Shown one piece after another: positions 54,189 through 64,000 of a stretch of 64,000 nt of DNA. Location of the stretch: the NCBI GenBank assembly GCA_951406725.2, contig OX597820.1, positions 64,046,001-64,110,000 on the forward strand, read 5' to 3'. Position 1 is the first letter of the stretch. Each line of letters starts with the position of its first letter. A program made the position numbers and the translations under genes. The stretch comes from Octopus vulgaris. Taxonomy: Eukaryota. The notes under the pieces were generated by a model. It saw only the letters and a list, made by a program, of their open reading frames with translations. It made no database searches and was not told where the DNA came from.

Positions 54189-54232
54189 CCACCTGAAGAT
54201 TGTCGGTAGCAGACATGAAACATTTGTAGTGG
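54189..54232 (+). ncRNA. Minimal type-I hammerhead ribozyme
   Basis: ccac-CTGAAGA-t-tgtc-ggtagca-gaca-t-GAAA-c-attt-GTA-gtgg: stem I ccac/gtgg, stem II tgtc/gaca, short stem III, GUA triplet. Confidence 0.78.
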
Positions 54233-54316
54233 CGGTTTATTTAATTTATATTAAAATTTTATGTATTGATTAAGTCTTTCCTTGTTTGGTTTTAAAATAG
54301 TGGTTTTGTCTCGAAT

Positions 54317-54353
<37 letters not shown>

Positions 54354-54384
54354 CACACACAGATACATACACGCATACACGCAC

Positions 54385-54434
<50 letters not shown>

Positions 54435-55163
54435 CACATACAGATACATACACACACACACGCACATATATATATATATATATATATATATGCTTGTATG
54501 TAACAGGCGTGTTTATATGTATATCCTTCAGATTCAAATGCCATTGAAGATAATTCTGTGTTTAATGGAGAAACTAGAAATGAGATAATTAGGGAGGAAG
54601 CAATTTTATCATTCATTCACTCCCACAAACTTTGTTCGTCCATCTATGAAATATATCTATGCAGGATTGGTGCAAATTCAGTCAACACACTCCATTTCTA
54701 TTTATCAATGTAGGGCAATGTCTGCTTGGAAATTCAAGACATTCATCTTCTAAGTTACCAACGTTAAAATAGGTAAGTGGACGTTGAAGCATATTCCTGT
54801 AGTTACACTTAAAATGTATGATCAAAGTAAGAAAAAAAAAACATTTAGTACAATGTCCCACTTGGCATAGGTTACGAACAATAATAATAACAATAACACA
54901 ACCAACATATGTAGATACATGTCCCTTGTATTTCAAGGTTTTTCGTTGCTATCTCATTGTAATGTCAAACACACAAACGAATTTGCATCTGTGCGTCTAT
55001 AGCACAAATACATATTTACACATTTTTTCGTATATGAATTTTTACATATGCATAAATCCCTGAGCTGAATGAATCTGTTCGTAAAGTGAAATTGACAGTT
55101 TGTCTACATACAAAGATGTAGTTACGTGTGTTATTTCTAAGTATGCATAATTGTAAGAAATAC

Positions 55164-55261
<98 letters not shown>

Positions 55262-55323
55262 CAGACGGGCAGACAGACAAATAGATAGGTGAATGGATGG
55301 CTAGATAGTCAGACGGACGGACG

Positions 55324-55359
<36 letters not shown>

Positions 55360-55396
55360 CACAGACGGACAGACACACAGACGGACAGACGGACAT

Positions 55397-55477
<81 letters not shown>

Positions 55478-55486
55478 GATAGATAG

Positions 55487-55570
<84 letters not shown>
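55164..55570. repeat. (GATA)n/(GACA)n/(GACG)n compound tetranucleotide microsatellite
   Basis: Directly visible. Confidence 0.95.
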
Positions 55571-55848
55571 CGTGGCGGAATAGCGAGCAGGGGTTTGAGT
55601 GATTTAGGCTTATAATCTTATACGAGCAAAGTCAACGTCTCTTCAGTTCATATGTGCACTGTTGTTACTGCGACGGTGTGGTGATATTTCGCTGTTTCCA
55701 TGGCAATGAATAGGTATGCACAAAGTTACGCGCGAGCGCCTTTATACATGCATCCAAATATGCATATTTTTCAGATAGATAGATATACATCTTTGCTTGG
55801 GCGCTGCAACTATATATACAGATGTGCATGTCAGTGTGTATGTGGGTG

Positions 55849-55908
<60 letters not shown>

Positions 55909-55929
55909 TGTATGTATATATACATACAT

Positions 55930-57193
55930 TGAGAATTTACAAGAAGACAAAAGACGAAGACGGGTGTTTAAACAACAAACGCATATTAGTTTAACGATCG
56001 TGAGAAAGTCTTTAACGTTTCGAGCCTACGCTCTTCGACATAAAAATAAACTGGAAAGAAAATAGAAAAAACGTTTAGTGGCTAGCGATCTATAATGGAG
56101 AATGTCGGAGAGAGAGGTCACACAGGAATTGTAGGAAGAACGGGGGATAATAAAGTAATGGTGATCCCAAAACGAAGGTGTGCGTGCGTGTGTGAGAGCG
56201 TATAAGTGCGTATGGAAGGGGGCTGGTGACGTTGACGTGTGCGTGTGTGCATATGTGGATGGTGTAGGTGCTGGAAAGTGGTCATTGCTAGTGTGTGCGC
56301 TGGTGTGGGTGCTAGGAAGTGGTCAGTGCTAGTGTTTGCGGGGTGGTGTGATGTGGTGTGTTATGGTAGTGTTTGGTGTGGTGGTTGGTGGTGTGGTGGT
56401 GTGGTGGTGTGTAGTGTGGTGGTGTGTGAGGTGGAGGTGTGGTGTGGTGGTTGGTGGTGTGGTGGTGTGTGGTGTGGTAGTGTGTAGTGTGGTGGTGTGT
56501 GAGGTGGAGGTGTGGTGTGATGGTGTGTCGTGTGGTGATTGCGGGGTGTGGGTGAGGCGAAAGTGGGGGAAGTGAGAGTGAAGGAAGCAAGTGTGGGTCT
56601 AAAGTGTAGGGTGAGGTGGGATAGGATGTATAGGGATGGTGCGGTTGGAATGTTTAGGAATGAGGTAACGAGTGGGGGTGGTGACGATTAAGGGAGGAGT
56701 GGAAGGGAGAAGGTGTGTGGGAGTGAAGTGAAGAAGCAGGTGTCAGAGCAAGAGAGGAGAGGTGGGTGGGAGAAAGTAGGTGTGAGAAGAAGAGAAGACA
56801 GAGGAGGAGGGTTAGATGAAGAGACGAGGAGAGTTGAGTCCATGTGGCGCTAAGGAGTGAAGAGAGAAGATTAATCCCAGCTCATGGCGAAGACGGGAAT
56901 CCGGATGGACCCTGTGCAAGGACAATCCGAACACAGGCAGGTGTTGTAAAGACTGAACGGTAAAGTGGAAATGGTGCGAGACCCGGGTGTTGTTGCCGAA
57001 TGTGATATCTCGGAGGTGTTCCACAAACCGATCAGCCAAGCGATGTCCCGTTTAACCAATGTATATGGAGAGAGCAGGAGATGCAGCATATGATGTTGCT
57101 AGAAGTGCAGGTGAAAGAGTCAGTGATGTGATAGGGTCGATGGTGGGTGCTTGTGAGGAAGATGGTGTTGGAGAGGTAAGGGTAAGTGCGGCA

Positions 57194-57194
<1 letters not shown>
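55930..57194 (-). mobile_element. 5'-truncated Penelope-like element (Neptune-like) inserted in (TA)n
   Basis: GIY-YIG remnant, then a long CA/CCA-rich 3' region, then a pLTR with a hammerhead-like motif at 56010-56045; (TA)n on both sides. Confidence 0.85.
56812..57194 (-). pseudogene. PLE GIY-YIG endonuclease domain (frameshifted)
   Basis: CRTYPYL...FTCTSSNIICCISCSL / IYIG*TGHRLADRFVEHLRDI...VSHHF...HELGLIFSLHSLAPHGLN. Confidence 0.9.
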
Positions 57195-57284
<90 letters not shown>

Positions 57285-57399
57285 TGATTTCGTACGCACA
57301 TCAATTTTAGCCAATTTTTGTGTTTAGATAATTTTAGTCTAGTATATATATTCAAAGATTTGTAAATAAACCCGAAGGCTTTGAAATACGTAGAAGGAC

Positions 57400-57695
57400 A
57401 TTTGAATAAATTCCAGGTTACTCCATGGTAGTCCTTTTGCCGTCCTTAAATCTCCTTTTAGGTTTATACCGATTGAGATTCTCCTCTGTATGCTGACCAT
57501 GAAACAACGGTTTGGTGTGTGCTCATCCGCCATTCGAACAATTTGTCCAGACCATCTCCTTTGGTTTTTCAGAATCATTGATTTAATTGAAGTGATGTGA
57601 AGTGATGCCTGGAGACGCAAAGAGTCTATGTAAAAAAAAAACCCATTTCATGTTTAGAATGCGGTGAAGGCATTTTTGGTGGAATTGCTCTAACA
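57400..57695 (-). pseudogene. RTE (BovB-like) ORF C-terminal fragment
   Basis: EQFHQKCLHRILNMKW...ITSIKSMILKNQRRWSGQIVRMADEHTP. Confidence 0.8.
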
Positions 57696-58775
57696 TTTAA
57701 AAATATGATAGATAAATATCCGTATGCATACGTATATATGGACAGTGATAGAGATACAGATATCACCGTATTCTGTTGATCTTCAATTTATTCAATGAGG
57801 AGGGAGGATTTTCTTTCTAAAATAAAAAGCGAGAGAAAAGCTATAAAAAGAAACAAAATTACATATAAACAAACCCATGTAATATAAAAATCACCCATAC
57901 AACGATATGACAACTAATGTAAGCAAATAAATAAATAAATAAATAATAAAAATAAATACATGCAAACAACGTAAAATAAAAACAAGAGATTATTAAACTA
58001 ATATCAAATAATTAGATAGAGCTAATGTTTAAAATGAAGACATTCAGAACGAATGTTAAACGACAAGTACAGAGGATGGCATTGTGATTTTTTTTTTTTT
58101 TTTCCAGAATGAGGAATTAATTGTAATTCAAAACATTTCTTTCTCGCTCATGATTTCTTATCGTATTGTTTAAAGTCGTTACCAAGGAAAGCAGACAATT
58201 TATAGCTCGTAATTCTATTTGAGGCAATGGTCGCCATCATCAATTAATCTTGGCCTTGTGGAAAGCACCTTCAATTTATTTGATTGTCGAAAATAAAAGA
58301 TAATAAAGTGAAACGTAAATAAAAACAAATATACAAAAAAAACGAAACAATTAACAATGTAAAATTGTTGTTTAATAATTCATCTTTATTGACCTAAAGA
58401 AATTGTGTCGAATATAATCGAGACACTAAAGCGCCAGACAGTTGCTTTACAATCCTCTTAATTGGTCCTTATGCTTCATTATTTCTGGTTCTAACCATAC
58501 AACAGGTGATTTTGTCTTTATATCTTTCACGCTATTTGATAAAATAATTACTAGTAATATCCTGGGGGAAATCATTTAATCGCTACTGCTGCTACTACTG
58601 GTGCTACTGCTTCTCCTCCTATTACTCATGCCATTCGGTCACGTCCTTAATTATTTGGCATTATATTTAATTATTAAACACTTGTTACTGAGATGCAGCA
58701 ATAGAGACATAGAAGGTCAATGATGAAAAACACACACAAACGCACATAAGAACACATATATACACAACGTGTACG

Positions 58776-58872
<97 letters not shown>

Positions 58873-59251
58873 ATGTGTACGTATGTAGCCATATGTATAT
58901 TTGCAGCTATGTAATACAGCTCCGTTTCAGCTTTTGTTAATTAATGAAGTTTCTTTCAACTCTCTCAAAGTGCAAATGTAAGTATACTTTATAAGTGAAT
59001 TTAGAAGACGGAAACTGAAAAAGCTTGTCATATACACACATACATACATACTTACATACATATATATACATTCATACATACATATATATATACATACATA
59101 TATACATACATATATACATACATATACATACATATATACATACATATACTTACATACATACATACATACATACATATACATACATGCATATACACATATA
59201 TACATACATATATATACACATATATATATACATACATATATATACACATAG

Positions 59252-59295
<44 letters not shown>

Positions 59296-59319
59296 GTATA
59301 TATATACATATATATATAC

Positions 59320-59350
<31 letters not shown>

Positions 59351-59711
59351 CATGTATACATATATACATATATACATATATACATACTGATTTGTTCTGC
59401 TTTTTATATTTAACCCTACAGTCTCTTATGTGGTGGTTTAATAAAGTATGTGATTGAGTATAATCTGGTAATTGATATTTGATTTGGATGTATTTCTCCA
59501 TTTTCTTATCTTGTACATACATATATATATATATATTTTATACATATATATATATATATACATATATATATACATATATATATACATATATATACATATA
59601 TATATACACATATATATACATATATATATATACATATATATATACATACAAATATACATATATATATACATACAAATATACATATATATATATATACATA
59701 CATATATATAT

Positions 59712-59773
<62 letters not shown>

Positions 59774-59774
59774 G

Positions 59775-61090
59775 TAACATACTGGTAACATACTGGATCT
59801 CTGCTTCACAAATAATATTGATCTCATCCATAATGTGAAAGTGACACCGACACTACTCTCGGATCACAACATGGTAGAGCTGACCATTTACTGGCCAAAG
59901 GAAAGCATGGACATGCAGCCTACAAGAAACTCTCAGAATCTTTCCAGCTTGAAATTCCATAAGGCAAACTGGAAACAATTTGAGAAAGAGATCCTCAAAC
60001 AAAACTGGCCTGAATGTCTCTCCTCACCAGACATCGACATGAAACTTCAACAATTCATGTCTGTAATGCAAGCCATATGCTACAAATGTTCACAAGTTAT
60101 GCAGATGAAACAAATGTTTCACAGGCAATACAGAACCTTGAAGACACTAAGCACCTGCAATGTGAGCTGGACATAATATACAAGTGGGCTGAAAAGAATA
60201 GCATGCAGTTCAATGCTGAAAAGTTTCAAGCTTTATGGTATCAACATGCAAAGCTAAATGCAATACCCAATGAATACACTGAACCCGGAGGGATTGCAAT
60301 CCCAGAGGCACAATCCGTGCGTGACCTGGGTATTTATATGAGTGATGACGCAACCTTTCATGTACATGTTGCTAAATTGGCAATGAAATGTAGACGGCTG
60401 GCCGGATGGATTCTTAGAACCTTTAAAACAAGAGACCCAGAAACCATGATGGTCCTCTGGAGGACACTTGTCCTAAGCCACTTTGACTATTGTTCTCAGC
60501 TATGGTCACCATCCAGTGTCAAGTTGATCACAGAACTTGAGGCGATCCAACGAAGCTACACGAAGAAGATACCCTCTGTGCAGCATATAAGCTACTGGGA
60601 AAGACTCAAGAGATTAAAACTGTATTCCTTGGAGCGTAGGCGAGAAAGATATGCCATAATATACATCTGGAAGATCCTGGAAGGACTTGTCCCAAACTTT
60701 GGCATCGAGAGTTACACAAATGCCAGAACTGGGCGCCACTGCGTGGTGCCAAGGACTCCATGTTGGCCATCAAGATGTAGGACAAGATACTGTGATAGCC
60801 AGGGCTTCAGAGGCCCACAGCTCTTCAATATCCTACCGAAGAACCTGACGGACCTGCATGGGGTGGATGCAGATGTCTTTAAAGTAGGACTGGATCTCTT
60901 TCTGTCAGGTGTCCTGGATGAACCAACTTCATGGCAGGGGATGCAGATGAAAGCAGCTGCGTCGAACTCTCTCACGCACCAAATGGCAGTTGCTAAAAAG
61001 CATCCGTGAAGTAAAATCATGTAACAACACCAAATGGCGGTGCCCCAGCATGGCCACGGCTCGTAAGCTGAAACTAGATAAAATAAAAAA
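59775..61090 (+). mobile_element. CR1-like LINE: end of the endonuclease fused to the post-YADD ORF2 C-terminus and 3' UTR
   Basis: SDHNMVEL...FHKANW, then SYADET...WAEKNSMQFNAEKFQ...VRDLGI...LVLSHFDYCSQLWSP...SYWERLKRLKLYSLERRRERY, open to 61009; A-rich tail. Confidence 0.92.
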
Positions 61091-61123
61091 TTTTTTAAAA
61101 TATATACATATATATATATACAC

Positions 61124-61177
<54 letters not shown>

Positions 61178-61203
61178 GTAAATATATATACATATATATA
61201 TAC

Positions 61204-61234
<31 letters not shown>

Positions 61235-61267
61235 CATATATATATACATATATATATATATACATAA

Positions 61268-61765
61268 TAACTTAGAATAACTTAGAAAGGTTTTGGCCAG
61301 TATTGGCCCAGGCCATGTCTAACTTAATAGCACCACCTGGCGAAGTCTTTCAATTCATAATTTGGGCACCAAGGCCCATTCGATCAGAGAGTTATTGTTT
61401 GCGGAGACATATCCGGGTGTGGGTGGTTTGTCCGAGACTGTTTGAAGGAATTTGTCCAAAGACTTTCTTTTTTGACGTGTCCTGGTGTAATGTTGAAGAG
61501 AGCGGGTCCAATTGAGGTGAAATAGTTGTGCCGTATTGTCGTTATGTGATGCGATTTAGATTTTTGTTGTGGACGGATGGCACGTGGTCCAAGCCTTGGA
61601 TGTATTTTGAATGTGATGCCAACATCATTCGGACAGTGCTGATGGAATATTTTCCACATCATACAGATAATGAAGCGTTCACGGCGTCGTTGGAGTGAAT
61701 ACAGTTTCAGCTCCTCTAGTCTACCCCAGTAGTCAAGGTCTGACATGCCATCTATCTTTTTTGTG
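61268..61765 (-). mobile_element. Second CR1-like LINE 3' fragment, convergent with the previous one
   Basis: [33 protein letters not shown]...[11 protein letters not shown]. Confidence 0.88.
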
Positions 61766-62013
61766 ATTATATATATACATATATAATTATATATATACAT
61801 ATATATATACATATATATATACATATATATATAATTATATATATACAAATATATATATGCATATATATATATACATATATATATATACACATATATATAT
61901 AATATATATATATATATGCATATATATATATACACATATATATACACATATATATACATATATATATGCATATATATATATACACATATATATATACATA
62001 TATATATACACAC

Positions 62014-62068
<55 letters not shown>

Positions 62069-62099
62069 TATACATATATATATATGTATATATTTATTG

Positions 62100-62295
62100 T
62101 GTGTCTGTGTGCTTGTATCGCCACCATCACTTGACAACCGATGTTATTATATTTACCACCCCGTGACCTAGCCGTTCGACTAGAATATGTACTAGGCTTA
62201 CAAAGGATGTCCTGGGGCGATTTGTTCGACTAAAGGTGCTGCTCCAGCATGGACGCTGTCAAATGATTGAAACAAATCAAATGAATAAAAGATTG
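62100..62295 (+). mobile_element. SINE family A 3' half
   Basis: cttgacaaccgatg...cctggggcgatttgttcgactaaaggtgctgctccagcatgg...aaatgattgaaac. Confidence 0.8.
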
Positions 62296-62739
62296 AAAGA
62301 ACAGATATGATTCGGAACAGTCAAAGATTCAGTACAAAGATTCAGAGTGCTAAGTATTCATTATTCGTTATATAAATGCTTCTTGTCCAGTTGTTTATTT
62401 GTTATACACTTGTAGTTCTTTGTCAATTATTTCATTCCTAACTGTTATTTCAAACTCTATAATTTAGCTACGATACGCCATCCCGGAAACAGAACCAGAA
62501 GCTGCAGAAATTGTTGGTTAGAATTCTGAACGATTGAATAAAATTTAGGAATAAGCGACAACAAATCAATTCGAGATCTAATAACATATTTGTAGAATAT
62601 GAATTTGTAGAATTAAGATTTTGTGGTTCTTACCGTTGCTGTTCGTGCTGATAATGCCAATGCTGATAATGATGATACTGCTGGTGATATTCTTATTGGC
62701 ATTGCCGTTAATGTTGTTATTTAAGTACTGGAAGTCTGT

Positions 62740-63760
62740 GAGCTAGCAAGATATGTTAGCACGCCGGGCGAAATGCTTTGCGGTATTTCGTCTGCCGTTA
62801 CGTTGTGAGTTCAAATTCCGCCGAGGTCGACTTTGCCTTTCATCCTTTCGGGGTCGATAAAATAAGTACCACTTACGCACTGGGGTCGATGTAATCGACT
62901 TAATCCGTTAGTCTGCCCTTGTTTGTACCCTCTGTGTTTAGCCTCTTGTGTGTAGTATTTCATGTGTCTTTATGTTCTGAGTTCAAATTCCGCCGAGGTC
63001 GACTTTGCCTTTCATCCTTTCGGGGTCGATAAATTAAGTACCAGTTACGCACTGGTGTCGATGTAATCGACTTAATCCGTTTGTCTGTCCTTGTTTGTAC
63101 CCTCTGTGTTCAGCCTCTTGTGTGTAGTATTTCATGTGTCTTTATGTTCTGAGTTCAAATTCCGCCGAGGTCGACTTTGCCTTTCATCCTTTCGTGGTCG
63201 ATAAATTAAGTACCAGTTACGCACTGGGGTCGATGTAATCGACTTAATCCGTTTGTCTGTCTTTGTTCGTCCTTACTGTGCGTAGCCCCTTATGAGTAGT
63301 AAAGAAATAAGAAACGTTAGCACCCCGGGTGAAATGCTTAGCGGTATTTCGTCAGTCTTTGCGTTCTGAGTTGAAATTCCGCCGAGTTCGACTTTGCCTT
63401 TCATCAATTCGGGGCCGATAAATTACGTACAAGTTGCGTACTGCGCTCTATCTTATCGACTGGGCCCCTCCCTCAAAATTTTGGGCCTTGTTCCTAGAGT
63501 AGAAAAAATTAAGGGAAGGTGGCGAGCTGGCAGAAACGTTGACTTAATCCCTTTGTTTGTCTCCTTTGCATTTAGCCCCTTCAGGGCAGTAAAGAAATAA
63601 GAAACGTTGTCATGCTTAGCGGTAATTCGTCTGTCTTTACGTTATGAATTCAAGTTCCTTTCAGGTTCGATAAATTAAGTACCAGTTTCGTACTGGAGTC
63701 GGTCTAATCGACTGATCCTATTCCCAAAAATGTCAGGCCTTGCGGCTAGAGTAGGAAAGA
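62740..63760 (+). mobile_element. Tandem array of SINE family B units (172-bp period for the first three)
   Basis: gagttcaaattccgccgaggtcgactttgcctttcatcc at 62807, 62979 and 63151, with further variants at ~63368 and ~63645. Confidence 0.92.
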
Positions 63761-64000
63761 TAATTTATTACTGGTAAGATTTATTAGAGCTATGATACAT
63801 AGATTTTATAGCAGCTAAGGAGTAAGGTCTGTTTTAGACTGAGTATATGGGACGGAATACATATTTTCTCACGCTCTTTCTCTTAAAAGAGATCGATGCT
63901 TAATTGGAGGTAGATTTAGCTGTTACTTCAAGTATGACAATCAATTGAAGCGAGGTTCCCTCGGTGGATTTTCTTCATAACCATGACAATGACAACCATC

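Larger units (their letters stand above)
53268..54325. mobile_element. (TA)n-flanked fold-back element (~205-bp arms, ~53345-53550 and ~54117-54322) carrying two opposed hammerheads; PLE-derived
   Basis: The arms are essentially perfect reverse complements; the left side has an extra ~75-bp tail; the spacer is AT/CA-rich and non-coding. Confidence 0.9.

Overview
This is AT-rich, gene-poor eukaryotic DNA, most likely from an octopus or other cephalopod (inferred from the SINE types and the extreme microsatellite load). I find no supportable host protein-coding gene. Almost all ORF-track entries are translations of (TA)n, (CA)n, (TATG)n, (ATT)n or (GAA)n microsatellites. The rest of the window is a graveyard of retroelements and DNA transposons: two to three tRNA-derived SINE families (some in tandem arrays), CR1-like, RTE, Tx1/L1-like and R4/Dong-like LINE fragments, Tc1 and mariner remnants, a Helentron-type non-autonomous element, and a Penelope-like element (PLE) with a GIY-YIG remnant. 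The most striking structure is a set of at least five distinct sequence families of short, mostly (TA)n-anchored and often fold-back elements carrying minimal type-I hammerhead ribozyme (HHR) cores. Best cases: 54189-54232(+) with its mirror 53435-53478(-); 30430-30520(-); and a U3-A8 variant forming the loop of a ~150-bp-arm palindrome at 52641-52992. A second highlight is a 2.17-kb ORF1-only (HAL1-like) retroelement with a perfect 16-bp TSD inserted into a SINE. Boundaries of degenerate elements are approximate, family names come from recognised motifs rather than database searches, and no ribozyme activity can be shown from sequence alone.
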